Made by a program: the position numbers and the translations under genes. From Polyangiales bacterium (lineage in GTDB: Bacteria > Myxococcota_A > Polyangia > Polyangiales > Polyangiaceae): 64,000 nt of DNA. Each line of letters opens with the position of its first letter. Within the stretch, counting starts at the first letter, position 1. Positions 30,322-40,560 of the stretch are shown here, in pieces. The stretch lies in NCBI GenBank assembly GCA_038230375.1, contig JBBRNJ010000042.1, positions 1-64,000 on the forward strand, given 5' to 3'. The notes beneath the pieces are model-generated. The model had not been told where the DNA came from. It was given only the letters and a program-made list of their open reading frames with translations, and did no database searches.

Positions 30322-30684
30322 TCAGTCCGCCGTTGCGTCGGTCGCGCTGTCGCCCGTTGATGCTGCGTCCATGGCTCCGCTGTCGGAGCTCGCTGTCCCC
30401 GCGTCCAGCGGACCGTGCAGCGGGCCCGGATCCACCTGGCATGCGCTCGTGCTTTCGAGCCATGCGCCTTGCGCGCATGTGAAGGTCGCCTTGATTGCCT
30501 TGCCGCACGGGTCGATGTTCTTCGTGTCGTAGTCGCACGAGTGGGTGCCGCTGCACGACGCGCCATTCGAGGGCTTGTCGCCAGGGCAACCATCGCAGGC
30601 CATCTGGGTCTGCGCCCCGACCACGACAGACGCAACCATCAACACCGACCCGAAGAGCCCAACGCCGCGCGATCGAAACCCCAT
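30322..30684 (-). CDS. Small Cys-rich secreted protein or lipoprotein
   Basis: Signal peptide, Cys-rich domain, DAG/DA-rich tail. Confidence 0.7.
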   Translation of the reverse strand: MGFRSRGVGLFGSVLMVASVVVGAQTQMACDGCPGDKPSNGASCSGTHSCDYDTKNIDPCGKAIKATFTCAQGAWLESTSACQVDPGPLHGPLDAGTASSDSGAMDAASTGDSATDATAD

Positions 30685-30716
30685 TACGCCGAACGGTAGC
30701 ACCTCACCCCGAACCT

Positions 30717-31442
30717 TCAATCGTATCTCTCCGAGTGCACTTGCTGCCGGGGTAGCTGCATGTCGTTCTTCAAGAGCTCGCGCACGCCATCGATCATCTT
30801 CTTCAATCCGCAGATGTACACGTGCGGCGTGGCTCCGCCCTGCGCGAGCTCCTCGAAGAGCCCCTTCACGTGCGTCTGCACGTAGCCCCTTCGCCCCGGC
30901 CACGCCTCGCCTCCGCGTGACAATGTGTATTCTGCACGAAAGTTGGGGAACTTCGCCTGCATCGCCAGGAGCTCCTCCTTGTAGAGGCGGTCCTCCTCGG
31001 TGCGAACGCCAAAGAGCAGCATCATCGGATCTGTCTCGCCCGCGTCGAGCGCTGCATGAAGCATGCTCCGGAGCGGCGTGACGCCAGTGCCAGTGGCGAC
31101 GAAGAGCGAAGGCCCCACGTTCGGCGTCCGTAGAAAGAGACCCTGCGGACCGATGGCGCGCAGCGTGGCGCCCGGCTCCATCGCGTGCAGGTAGGTGGAG
31201 CCCGGGCCACCGTTCACGTGCGTGATCGCCAGATCGAACGTACCGTCCGCGTGTGGGGGCGACGCGATCGAGTATGAGCGCCGCACCTCGCCCTCTTGCA
31301 GCGGCAAGATGAGCGAGATCCACTGCCCCGGCGCATGTGCCATGGCCGCGCCGTCCTCGCGCACGAAGTGAAGCTCCTTCACATTCGGAGTGATCATGTG
31401 CGCGCGCGTGAGGCGCACGTCGAACGTCGGGGGAGCGGGCAT
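30717..31442 (-). CDS. Ferredoxin-NADP reductase-like FAD/NAD-binding oxidoreductase
   Basis: RSYSIAS, GPGSTYL, ATGTGVTP and YICG motifs. Confidence 0.9.
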   Translation of the reverse strand: MPAPPTFDVRLTRAHMITPNVKELHFVREDGAAMAHAPGQWISLILPLQEGEVRRSYSIASPPHADGTFDLAITHVNGGPGSTYLHAMEPGATLRAIGPQGLFLRTPNVGPSLFVATGTGVTPLRSMLHAALDAGETDPMMLLFGVRTEEDRLYKEELLAMQAKFPNFRAEYTLSRGGEAWPGRRGYVQTHVKGLFEELAQGGATPHVYICGLKKMIDGVRELLKNDMQLPRQQVHSERYD

Positions 31443-31448
31443 GGGAGC

Positions 31449-32186
31449 TTATGTCCCCGAGTCGGGGTCCTTCGTCAATCGACTTCGGAGCAGCGCCGCA
31501 CCGGTGAGGCCATTGCCGTTGTCGGCCGCTCTTGGCGGAGCGGGCGCGAGCGCCTCCTTCTTGTAGGCGTAGGCCGGCTTCATGCGCGAGAGCGAGCGGT
31601 ACTTGTGCTCCATCCTGAGGAGCGCATCGAGCGCTTCGCCCGCGTGCAAGCCCATCTCCTTTGCGGCCGCCACCACCTCCTTGATGTGCGGCGTGGACTC
31701 CTCCCCGTGGAACACGGGTCCGGGCAGCACCCCCACGCACGCGGGCTCCGCGAAGCCGACGAGCCGCGCATCGAAGAGGCCGCGCGCGGCATCCAACGCA
31801 ATGGCAGTGCTCTCGTCCAGGTCCGTCACGTAGAGGTCCGCACCGGAGTAGAGATCATGCACCAGCAGCACGTCGCCGTCGTCGTCTTGCACCTCGAAGA
31901 GGCCGCGATGCGCGCGCGCGAACGGCGTTGCCCACGCTTGCGCTTCCGGGGGGAGGCGCGGCGTGAGGCCCGCAAGAACGTTCTTCCGTGTGAGCGCGTC
32001 GTCGATGAACGCGCGGCTTCGCGCCTCGAACCACGGATCCTCGGGCGTGAAGGCGCCCGTGCGAACCTCGAACGAAGCGCGCGCCTCTTCTCGCAGCGCG
32101 CGGCTGTCTTCGTGGCCAAGGGCCCCGATCAGCGCGTCCACCGCAGCCAGAAAGCGACACGCTTCGTGAGTCCCGGCGGGGTGCAT
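31449..32186 (-). CDS. Hypothetical protein
   Basis: Coding-like ORF 6 nt from the downstream oxidoreductase on the same strand. Confidence 0.75.
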   Translation of the reverse strand: MHPAGTHEACRFLAAVDALIGALGHEDSRALREEARASFEVRTGAFTPEDPWFEARSRAFIDDALTRKNVLAGLTPRLPPEAQAWATPFARAHRGLFEVQDDDGDVLLVHDLYSGADLYVTDLDESTAIALDAARGLFDARLVGFAEPACVGVLPGPVFHGEESTPHIKEVVAAAKEMGLHAGEALDALLRMEHKYRSLSRMKPAYAYKKEALAPAPPRAADNGNGLTGAALLRSRLTKDPDSGT

Positions 32187-32271
32187 CGTGAAGCGCCCAT
32201 CCTACCCGTAGTCCGTGTGAAATCGGCCTGCATTTGGTGTACGCTTCGGATCAAGGCAGGACCCACACCCG

Positions 32272-32691
32272 ATGGCGAATAGCGTGTTCTTTCCGCAAGA
32301 CGCGCTCGACGAGTGGATCGTCGGGGGCATGATCGATCTCTCCCGCGGCGAGCTCATGATCGCGCCAGAGGGACGCCGCTACAAGGTGACCGAGGCGGTC
32401 CGCGTCCTGTCCGAGGTCACGGGCGCCGGCGATCCGAACAAGCTCGTGGGCAAGGTCAGGTCCAACGCGGAGCTGCAGCAGATCGGCGCCGAGATCCTGG
32501 AGGGCTCCATGATCCTCGGCGACGCCGCGTACGACGTTGCGCCCGGCTGGATGGGCACTCCGGTCGGCAGCTTCGACGAGCACCTCCGCTCGATCGAGCG
32601 CAAGGCCGCGCGCGTAGGCATGGAGCCGTTTCAGCCAGCAAGCGAAGAGCACCTCCTGTCCGTCGTCCTTGGAGGCAAGAGCCCAACTTGA
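32272..32691 (+). CDS. Hypothetical protein
   Basis: Coding-like; its stop overlaps the next gene's TTG. Confidence 0.75.
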   Translation: MANSVFFPQDALDEWIVGGMIDLSRGELMIAPEGRRYKVTEAVRVLSEVTGAGDPNKLVGKVRSNAELQQIGAEILEGSMILGDAAYDVAPGWMGTPVGSFDEHLRSIERKAARVGMEPFQPASEEHLLSVVLGGKSPT

Positions 32692-33584
32692 ATATCGCGG
32701 AGGGCATCCTGCTCGTACTCACGTCGCTGTCGTACCTGGCAGCGACGCTGGTCTACTTCGCGTTCCTGCTCAACGGGCGCGGCGCGAGCACGGTGAACCG
32801 CGTGGGCGCTCGCCTCCTGGCGCTCGGCGCATCGTTGCATGCTGCACATATCTGCGTCGCTTCGCTCTACCTCCACATCTGTCCCGTCGAAGGCATCCAC
32901 TTCCCCGTCAGCGTCGTGGCCATGCTCATGTGCGTGGTGTTCCTTGCTCTCCGCAAGCGCGTGCGTGCGGACGTGCTGGGCGCCTTCGTCGCGCCGTTCG
33001 CGCTGACTGCGCTGTTTGCGTCGCGCATGTCGGGTGGGCCCAGCGCGGACACGGGGCATGTGCGCAACGTGCTCTTGCCGCTGCACGTGTTCGTGAACGT
33101 TGGTGGCCTCGCAATGTTCGGCCTCGCCTTCTCTGCGGCGTCGCTCTACCTGGTGCAGGAGCGTCTGTTGAAGCGCAAGCGCGTGGAAGGGCTCTTCCAG
33201 CGGCTTCCCCCGCTCGATGCGCTCGACCGCGCAGAGCACCGCTTCCTCCTCGGGGGCTTCCCGCTCCTCACCGTGGGCATCCTCACGGGCACCGCGTGGG
33301 CTCGCAAGGTGGAGATGGGCGGCACCGCGGACGTGCTTCGCTTCGGCTTCGGGTACGCCGCGTGGATCCTCATCGCGAGCGTGCTCGTGCTTCGCGCGGC
33401 GGCAGGCTGGCGCGGACGGCGCGCGGCATACGGCACCATCGCGGGCTTCGGCTTCGCGATGCTCGCCTTGCTCGTGTACCTCGTGCGCGCCCCAGCGGCT
33501 CCTCCTTCACCAGTCGTGATGTCGACAGTCAACACGACGGTGCCGCAGATACAGCCACCCAGCGTGATCGGGATCGTGCCGTGA
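32688..33584 (+). CDS. Cytochrome c assembly-family (CcsA/HemX-like) membrane protein
   Basis: Multiple TM segments, LYLVQERLLK, LPPLDALD, GWRGRRAA; directly upstream of hemA. Confidence 0.85.
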   Translation: MNIAEGILLVLTSLSYLAATLVYFAFLLNGRGASTVNRVGARLLALGASLHAAHICVASLYLHICPVEGIHFPVSVVAMLMCVVFLALRKRVRADVLGAFVAPFALTALFASRMSGGPSADTGHVRNVLLPLHVFVNVGGLAMFGLAFSAASLYLVQERLLKRKRVEGLFQRLPPLDALDRAEHRFLLGGFPLLTVGILTGTAWARKVEMGGTADVLRFGFGYAAWILIASVLVLRAAAGWRGRRAAYGTIAGFGFAMLALLVYLVRAPAAPPSPVVMSTVNTTVPQIQPPSVIGIVP

Positions 33585-34963
33585 GCCGCGGGCCGATCGT
33601 CGTCGTCGGGCTCTCGCACAAGAGCGCGCCGGTGGAGGTCCGCGAGAAGCTGGCCGTGCCCGCGGAGGAGCTGCCGCAGGTGCTCCGTGCGCTCACGCAC
33701 GATCCGCACGTGGGCGAAGCGATGTTCCTCTCCACTTGCAACCGGGTGGAGGCGTATGTCTCGCCCAGGTCCGGCTCCAATGCCACGCCGGAGCAGCTCG
33801 CGCACGCGGTGCGAAAGGTGTTCGAGGCGCGCGTCGGCGTGAACGCCAGGATCGATCCCGGTCACCTCTACGAGCGCGAGGGCGAAGAGGCCGTGCGCCA
33901 CATCTTCCGCGTCGCCGCCAGCCTGGACTCCATGGTCCTGGGCGAGCCGCAGATCCTCGGGCAGGTGAAGGACGCGTACGACGCGGCCACGGAGAACCAG
34001 GCCCTCGGGCACTTCCTCGGCCGTTGCGTGCATCGTGCATTCACCGTGGCAAAGCGCGTCCGCACAGAGACGCTTCTGGGCGCCGGCACCGTCAGCATCT
34101 CCAGCGTCGCAGTGGATCTTGCGAAGCGCATCTTCGGCGACCTCACGGATCACGTGGTGCTCCTGGTCGGCGCGGGCGAGATGGCGGAGGCCGCCGCGAA
34201 GAGCCTGGGCAAGGGCGCAAAGGCGATCCGCGTCTGCAACCGAAGCCTGCCGCGCGCCGCGGAGCTCGCTGCGCAGTTCGGTGGAGCGGCGTCCACGCTG
34301 GACACGCTCGAGCAGGAGCTCTTGCTCGCGGACGTGGTCGTGACCAGCACCGGCAGCAGCACCTTCGTCATCACGAAGGAGATGGTGAAGCGCGCCATGA
34401 GGGCCCGCAAGGGCCGCACGCTCTTCTTCGTCGACATCTCCGTGCCGCGCAACGTGGACCCCCAGATTCACGAGATAGACAACGTCTACGTCTTCAACGT
34501 GGACGACCTGGAGGGCCAGGTGCGCGAGGCCATGAAGGCGCGCGTGAGCGAGGTCGCCGCTGCCGAGAAGATCGTCAGCAACGAGCTCGACGAGTTCCGC
34601 ATCTGGGCGCGTGGCCTTGCCGTTGCCCCCACGGTGGTCGCGCTCCGTGCACGCACGCGCGCCGTGCTCATCACGGAGCTGGAACGCACGCTCGGCTCGC
34701 GCCTGCGCCACCTGCCGGAAGGTGATCGCGCCGCGCTCACGCAGATGATCGAGAGCGCCACCAACAAGTTGATGCACACCCCCACCACGCGCTTGAAGCA
34801 GGCATCCGTCGAAGAGGATGGCCCAGACATGGTGCGCGCGCTCACGCACCTCTTCGATCTCCCGGAGCCTCATGAAGAGGGTCCAAAGGACACCGCGTCG
34901 GAGAAGGACGCTGGACAGGCAGCGCAGGACGGCAGCGACGACAAGGCGCCGCAGACCCACTGA
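33581..34963 (+). CDS. hemA: Glutamyl-tRNA reductase
   Basis: STCNRVE, SLDSMVLGEPQILGQVK, GAGEM and DISVPRNVD motifs. Confidence 0.97.
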   Translation: MSRGPIVVVGLSHKSAPVEVREKLAVPAEELPQVLRALTHDPHVGEAMFLSTCNRVEAYVSPRSGSNATPEQLAHAVRKVFEARVGVNARIDPGHLYEREGEEAVRHIFRVAASLDSMVLGEPQILGQVKDAYDAATENQALGHFLGRCVHRAFTVAKRVRTETLLGAGTVSISSVAVDLAKRIFGDLTDHVVLLVGAGEMAEAAAKSLGKGAKAIRVCNRSLPRAAELAAQFGGAASTLDTLEQELLLADVVVTSTGSSTFVITKEMVKRAMRARKGRTLFFVDISVPRNVDPQIHEIDNVYVFNVDDLEGQVREAMKARVSEVAAAEKIVSNELDEFRIWARGLAVAPTVVALRARTRAVLITELERTLGSRLRHLPEGDRAALTQMIESATNKLMHTPTTRLKQASVEEDGPDMVRALTHLFDLPEPHEEGPKDTASEKDAGQAAQDGSDDKAPQTH

Positions 34964-34965
34964 CC

Positions 34966-35991
34966 ATGCTGGCACGTCGCACGCAGCTCACGGCTTCGCT
35001 CGCGCTCTCTCTGTCCGTGCTGCTGGTCGTGCCCATCGCTCTCACGTCGTGCCGCAGGAGCGCCTCGGACGACAGCGCCGTACCGACGGACCCTTCTGGC
35101 GAGGCGCCGGCACCGGACTCTCACGTCGCGCTCGGCGAGGCATCGATGAAGGTCGGCGATCGCATGCGCAACTTCCTCTTCTACATGCCGCCCGCTCCGG
35201 CCGAGGGACAGCCCGCACCGAAGCTGCCGCTGGTGGTCGCGCTCCATGGGCGCCTTGGCAACGGCAAGGGGATGGCAAGGCTCTCACACCTGGACAAGGT
35301 CGCCGCGCGTGAAGGGTTCATGGTCGTGTTCCCGGATGGCCACCGCAGGTCATGGCACGACGGACGGGAGTCCGGCCCGGCCGCGGAGGATCACATCGAC
35401 GACGTTGGTTTCCTCACCGACCTGGTGGCATTCTTCGTGCGCGAGCATGGGGCCGATCCGAGTCGCGTGTATGTTACAGGCATGTCGAACGGCGGCTTCA
35501 TGTCCGGCACGCTCGCATGCAAGGCGACCACGGTGTTCGCCGCGTTTGCAGAGGTCGCGGCCACGGCGCCGAAGGATCTCGAGTCCGTCTGCGCGCCCGC
35601 GGCGCCTATCCCGGCGCTCTTCATCGTGGGCGATCAAGATCCGCTCGTTCCTTATGGCGGCGGGCCCATCGCGCACGACGACAGCGGCAAGAAGGGCGTG
35701 GGCATCAGCGCCATGGCAGAGGCGCGCTTCTTCGCGAAGTGGAACGCCTGCACCGGAGAGGCCAGCTCCGACCTGCCCGACACTGACCCCGCGGACGGCA
35801 CGCGCTCGCAGTTGCTCTCGTTCACGGCGTGCCAGGCGAACGCGGGCGTGGACATCATCACCGTGCATGGCGGCGGTCACGCGTGGCCTGGCGGCTGGGC
35901 GTATCTACCAGAGCGCCTCATCGGAAAGACCACGCGCGACTTCGACGCATCCGAGCGCATCTGGGCCTTCTTCAAGGACAAAAAGCGCTAG
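34966..35991 (+). CDS. PHB depolymerase / LpqC-family esterase lipoprotein
   Basis: Lipobox LTSC; LHG, GMSNGG, D and GGGHAWPG motifs. Confidence 0.88.
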   Translation: MLARRTQLTASLALSLSVLLVVPIALTSCRRSASDDSAVPTDPSGEAPAPDSHVALGEASMKVGDRMRNFLFYMPPAPAEGQPAPKLPLVVALHGRLGNGKGMARLSHLDKVAAREGFMVVFPDGHRRSWHDGRESGPAAEDHIDDVGFLTDLVAFFVREHGADPSRVYVTGMSNGGFMSGTLACKATTVFAAFAEVAATAPKDLESVCAPAAPIPALFIVGDQDPLVPYGGGPIAHDDSGKKGVGISAMAEARFFAKWNACTGEASSDLPDTDPADGTRSQLLSFTACQANAGVDIITVHGGGHAWPGGWAYLPERLIGKTTRDFDASERIWAFFKDKKR

Positions 35992-36007
35992 GAACGGAGC
36001 GGTTGGT

Positions 36008-37000
36008 TCAGCGCTCGGCGCGGAGGCCCCTGCGGATCCAGCCCTTGCGGCGGAAGAAGAGCAGGATTGCCACCGCGACGGTGGCCATGAGGGCGAGCGC
36101 GTAGGGATAGCCGAATCGCCACTCGAGCTCGGGCATGATCTTGAAGTTCATGCCGTAGACCCCCGCGATGAACGTGAGCGGCATCATCACCGTGGACATC
36201 AGCGTGAGCGTCTTCATGATCTCGTTCATGCGGTTCGACTGCACGCTGAGATATGCGTCGAGCGCGCTGGTCACGAGATCCCTGTAGCTGTCGACCGTGT
36301 CGCCAATGCGAAGGAAGTGGTCGTAGACGTCACGGAAGAACGGCAGCGCCTCCTTCGGGATCGCCTCCACCTCGCCGCGTGCGAGGCGCAGCAGGGTCTC
36401 GCGCTGGTGGATGGCCATGCGGCGCATGGACTGCAGCGTGCGCTTGAAGGAGAGGATGCGTCCGAGCACCTTGCTGCCCTGGGGTGTTCCGGCCTTCTCC
36501 AGGACCTCGGTCTCCAGCTGCTCGATCTCCGTGTCCAGCTGGTCCACCAGCGGCATGTAGCGGTCCACCGCGCGGTCGAGCAGCGCGTGCATCAGCCAGG
36601 GCAGCCCCTTCGCCATGAGCCGCGGCGAGCGGTCGAGCTCCGCCTGCAGATCCTTCGACACCCAGTGCGACGAGTCGTGCGTGACCAGGAAGTTCTTTCC
36701 GAGCACCACGTCCAGCTCCACCAGCGACAGATCGTGGATGCTCGAGGCGGCCTCCAGGCCGTGGACGATCACGTAGGTGTAGTCGTCGAAGATGTCGACC
36801 TTGGGCGAGGACGACTCGGCCCAGATGTCCTCGATCGTCAGCGGGTGCAGGTGGAGCAAGTCGGCGAGGAGGGCATCCTTGTCGGTCGAGCGCGACTCCA
36901 GCTCGATCCAGATCGGCTGGTCCGCGCGAATGGCGGCCGTGATCACCGCCGCGTCGCAGGTGGATTTGATCGTGGTCCCTTCGAGGATGCGCGCTTGCAT
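36008..37000 (-). CDS. corA: Magnesium/cobalt transporter
   Basis: LHPLTIED, MNEIMKTLT, YGMNF and MPEL motifs. Confidence 0.95.
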   Translation of the reverse strand: MQARILEGTTIKSTCDAAVITAAIRADQPIWIELESRSTDKDALLADLLHLHPLTIEDIWAESSSPKVDIFDDYTYVIVHGLEAASSIHDLSLVELDVVLGKNFLVTHDSSHWVSKDLQAELDRSPRLMAKGLPWLMHALLDRAVDRYMPLVDQLDTEIEQLETEVLEKAGTPQGSKVLGRILSFKRTLQSMRRMAIHQRETLLRLARGEVEAIPKEALPFFRDVYDHFLRIGDTVDSYRDLVTSALDAYLSVQSNRMNEIMKTLTLMSTVMMPLTFIAGVYGMNFKIMPELEWRFGYPYALALMATVAVAILLFFRRKGWIRRGLRAER

Positions 37001-37059
37001 GGTTGGCCTACCCGGGCACGCTCTAACACCGGGCGGGCGCCCGTGATAGGTTCCCGCCC

Positions 37060-37953
37060 ATGCAACGGCTCCTCTTTGCCACACGCAAGAGCAAGCTCGC
37101 CCTCGCGCAGTCGCGCGCGTTCGGCGTGACGCTCGTGGACGGAAACCCCGGACTCACGCTGGACGAGCTCCTCGTGGTCACCACGGGCGACAAGATCCAG
37201 GATCGCCCGCTCTCCGAGGTCGGTGGAAAAGGCCTCTTCACGAAGGAGATCGAGGAGGCGCTCCTTGCGCGCGAGGCAGACTTCGCCGTGCATTCGATCA
37301 AGGACGTGCCATACGCGCTTCCGCCGGGCCTCGTGATCGCCTGCATCCCGAAGCGCGAGGACCCGCGCGACGTGCTCGTGTCACCGAAGTGGAAGACGCT
37401 CGCCGCGCTGCCGAAAGGCGCGAAGGTCGGGACCAGCAGCTTGCGTCGCACCGTCCTCCTCCGCCGCGCTCGCCCCGACCTGGACATCGTGCCGCTACGC
37501 GGGAACGTGGACACGCGCCTCGCGAAGGTGGACCGCGGCGACGTGGACGCGATCCTCCTCGCGCGCGCGGGCCTCGTGCGCCTTGGGATCGCGGATCGCG
37601 CGACCGAGATCATCGAGCCCGGCGTGATGCTCCCGGCGGTCGGTCAGGGCGCGCTCGGAATCGAGACGCGCGAGGACGACGAGGCCACGCGCAAGGTGCT
37701 GTCGGTCGTGCACCACCACGAGAGCGCCATCGCCGTGGCCGCCGAGCGCGGCGTGATGTTCGCGCTCGAAGCAGACTGCAAGACCCCCATCGCAGCGCAC
37801 GCGCACCGCGACGGCGACGATCTCGTCGTGCGCGCGTTCCGCGCAGAGATCAACGGCGACAACCCGCGCGAAGAGATGGTGCGCGCCGCGTTCCCGAAGG
37901 ACGAGGCAACAGCAAGGGCCATGGGCATCGAGCTAGGCAACAAGCTCGGCTGA
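37060..37953 (+). CDS. hemC: Hydroxymethylbilane synthase
   Basis: TRKSKLALAQ, GKGLFTKE, GTSSLRR, RGNVDTR and cofactor Cys (ADCKTP). Confidence 0.97.
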   Translation: MQRLLFATRKSKLALAQSRAFGVTLVDGNPGLTLDELLVVTTGDKIQDRPLSEVGGKGLFTKEIEEALLAREADFAVHSIKDVPYALPPGLVIACIPKREDPRDVLVSPKWKTLAALPKGAKVGTSSLRRTVLLRRARPDLDIVPLRGNVDTRLAKVDRGDVDAILLARAGLVRLGIADRATEIIEPGVMLPAVGQGALGIETREDDEATRKVLSVVHHHESAIAVAAERGVMFALEADCKTPIAAHAHRDGDDLVVRAFRAEINGDNPREEMVRAAFPKDEATARAMGIELGNKLG

Positions 37954-38029
37954 GGCGGCGCAACGCGACAGCCTGAGCTCAATTCGCGCCAGCGTTGGCC
38001 GCCGGTAAGTCCTGGACTAAGGTCTCGGC

Positions 38030-40543
38030 ATGCGCGCGCGCGGCCTTTTTCCCCTTGTCGTTCTTGGTCTGTTCGTCGCTTGCGACGAGTCGTTCCCGTC
38101 GGAGGCTCCGAAGGTGATCGCCACACCGGACGCGAAGGTGGAGATCCGCCTCCGCCCGTTCTCGCTCCGCGTGTTCGACAAGAGCGGCGCACTCGTGGTC
38201 GAGACGCTGACGGAGAAGAGCCCGGACGATCCGAACGGCTCGCCTGCTGCGACGCAGGACACCGGCGTTGACGGCCTTGGCGCGATCCCCGGCTGGGATG
38301 GCTACCACCCGAACGAGGGCGCATGGGAGCACTCGGGCAACGGCACGATCACCGCCAGCGACGACGCCTCCGCGCACGTCACCTTGAGCACGGACAACGG
38401 CCAGATCGACATTGACGTCACGATCGCCGGCAACAGGGTCACCATCAAGGAGGTCGCGAACGGGCACATGGCCGGCGACGCGAACGCCGCATGGAACAAG
38501 ACCACCATGGCGTTCCGCCTGCGCGACACGGATCATTTCTTCGGGCTGGGGGAGCGCTTCGCGACCATGGATCACCGCGGATGGTCGCTCTATGCGTGGG
38601 CAGAAGAGGGAGGCATCAGCCGCGGCGAGAACATCCCGGCCACCGTCACCCCGCCGAACCCCGAGGCGAACGGCCCGTCCATGACGTACTTCCCCATTCC
38701 GTTCCTCCTCACGCCGCAGGGCTGGGGCATGCAGCTCGCAACCACGCGCCGCACGGAGACGCACTTCGGCAGCGAGCGCGGCGATGCATGGCGCGCCGCG
38801 GTCAACGGCACGGACCTCACGGCGGTGATCTACGTGAACGACTCGCCGCTCGCGAGCATCGACGACTTCACGAAGGAGACGGGGAGGCCGTTCGTGCCCG
38901 CGCCCTGGGTGTTCGGACCGCGCCGCCGCGTGGGCCTGGGCCAGCAGGTGAATGGCGTGGACGAGTGGAAGCTGCTCCGCTCGCGCGGCGTGCCCACGAC
39001 CACGCTCGACGACGCGGTGCACTTCCTTCCGCACAGCTCGCAGATCGGCCACGAGGTCGAGCTCTCGAACTGGACGAAGATGCTGCACGACAACGGCTTC
39101 AAGGCCACGGCCTACAACAACCCGTACGTGTCCGCGGAGGACCCCAGCGATCCCGTCTATCAAGCGGGCATCGCGAAGGGTTACTTCATCAAGGACGAGA
39201 ACGGGAAGCCGGGGCAGTCGTTCTTCATCTCTGGCAAGGCGCAGACGGTCCACACGATCGATCTCACGAACCCCGCTGCAGTGAGCTGGTTCCAGGATCT
39301 GCTCCGTCGCACGCTGGCCCTTGGCTACGACGGCTGGATGCACGACTTCGGCGAGTACGTGCGCCGCAAGTGGATCGCATTCGACGGCTCGAACGGCGAG
39401 GAGCTGCACAACCGCTTCCCGGTGCTCTCCGCGAAGGTCGCGCACGATCTGCTCGAGAAGGAGAAGCCCAACGATTACCTCTTCTACGTGCGCTCCGGAT
39501 ACACGGGCAGCGCGCAGTACGCGTCGTCCGGGTGGGGCGGTGACGCAGAAGCCACATTCGACGACGTGCAGGGCCTCCCCGCGATGGTACGCGCGGGCCT
39601 GAATCTGGGCATGAGCGGCTTCCCCATCTGGGGCAGCGACACCAGCGGCTACAAGTGCCTCACGCTCGCCGCGCGCGACAAGGACGTCTACCTCCGCTGG
39701 GCGCAGTTCTCCGCCGTGTGTCCCATCATGGAGGAGGAGAACGCCTGCTCCAGCATCACGGACCCGAACGCGTCGAAGTGGAAGCTCTGGAACGACGACG
39801 AGACCGTCACCGTCTACGGCGCCGCCGCACGCCTGCACACGCGCCTTCAGCCGTATTTCATGCTGCTCGCGAAGGAGGCGCACGAGACCGGCGCGCCCAT
39901 CATGCGTCATCCCATGCTGGTCTTCCCGCACGAGGCAGAGAGCTGGAAGATCGAGGACGCGTTCTTCGTGGGTCGCGGTCTCTACGCGTCGCCGGTCGTG
40001 CGGCGCGCGGTCACGGAGAAGACCACGTGGATGCCGCCGGGCCGCTACGTCGCGCTCGATGACTCGTCGGTGCTCACGGGCGGAGCCACGGTGACGTTCC
40101 CCGCGCCGCTCGGCCGCCTGCCGCTGTTCCTGGTGGAGAACCAGATGGTGCCCATGCTCGATCCCACCATCGATACGCTGGCGCCGTCGACCGTGCCGGG
40201 TGTGGTGTCGCCGGACAAGGTGGCAGACAGGCTGGATGTCGTGATGGCTCTGGGCCAGGGCGGGCATGCGGAGCTCACGTTGGTGGATGGCACCGTGCTC
40301 ACCGCGGATCGCGCGGCGGCGGCGCCTGCCATGACGACCAATCCCGGCCAACTGATGATGGTGACGGCGGCAGACATCGGCTCGTGCGCGAGCTGCTTCG
40401 TGGCCGCAAAAGAGGGCGGCGTGAACCGCCTCCGCATCACCACCGCCAGCGCGCCCACGTCGGACCTCACGTTCGACGACGTGCACCTGACGGTGAAGGG
40501 AAGCCTCACACGCCGCATCCGCTGGGACGTACGAAGGTTGTAA
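38030..40543 (+). CDS. Glycoside hydrolase family 31 lipoprotein
   Basis: Lipobox FVAC; FFGLGE, GWMHDFGE (nucleophile), WGGD (acid/base), GSDTSGY and RWAQF. Confidence 0.9.
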   Translation: MRARGLFPLVVLGLFVACDESFPSEAPKVIATPDAKVEIRLRPFSLRVFDKSGALVVETLTEKSPDDPNGSPAATQDTGVDGLGAIPGWDGYHPNEGAWEHSGNGTITASDDASAHVTLSTDNGQIDIDVTIAGNRVTIKEVANGHMAGDANAAWNKTTMAFRLRDTDHFFGLGERFATMDHRGWSLYAWAEEGGISRGENIPATVTPPNPEANGPSMTYFPIPFLLTPQGWGMQLATTRRTETHFGSERGDAWRAAVNGTDLTAVIYVNDSPLASIDDFTKETGRPFVPAPWVFGPRRRVGLGQQVNGVDEWKLLRSRGVPTTTLDDAVHFLPHSSQIGHEVELSNWTKMLHDNGFKATAYNNPYVSAEDPSDPVYQAGIAKGYFIKDENGKPGQSFFISGKAQTVHTIDLTNPAAVSWFQDLLRRTLALGYDGWMHDFGEYVRRKWIAFDGSNGEELHNRFPVLSAKVAHDLLEKEKPNDYLFYVRSGYTGSAQYASSGWGGDAEATFDDVQGLPAMVRAGLNLGMSGFPIWGSDTSGYKCLTLAARDKDVYLRWAQFSAVCPIMEEENACSSITDPNASKWKLWNDDETVTVYGAAARLHTRLQPYFMLLAKEAHETGAPIMRHPMLVFPHEAESWKIEDAFFVGRGLYASPVVRRAVTEKTTWMPPGRYVALDDSSVLTGGATVTFPAPLGRLPLFLVENQMVPMLDPTIDTLAPSTVPGVVSPDKVADRLDVVMALGQGGHAELTLVDGTVLTADRAAAAPAMTTNPGQLMMVTAADIGSCASCFVAAKEGGVNRLRITTASAPTSDLTFDDVHLTVKGSLTRRIRWDVRRL

Positions 40544-40560
40544 GTTGCACGTGAGTTGAA

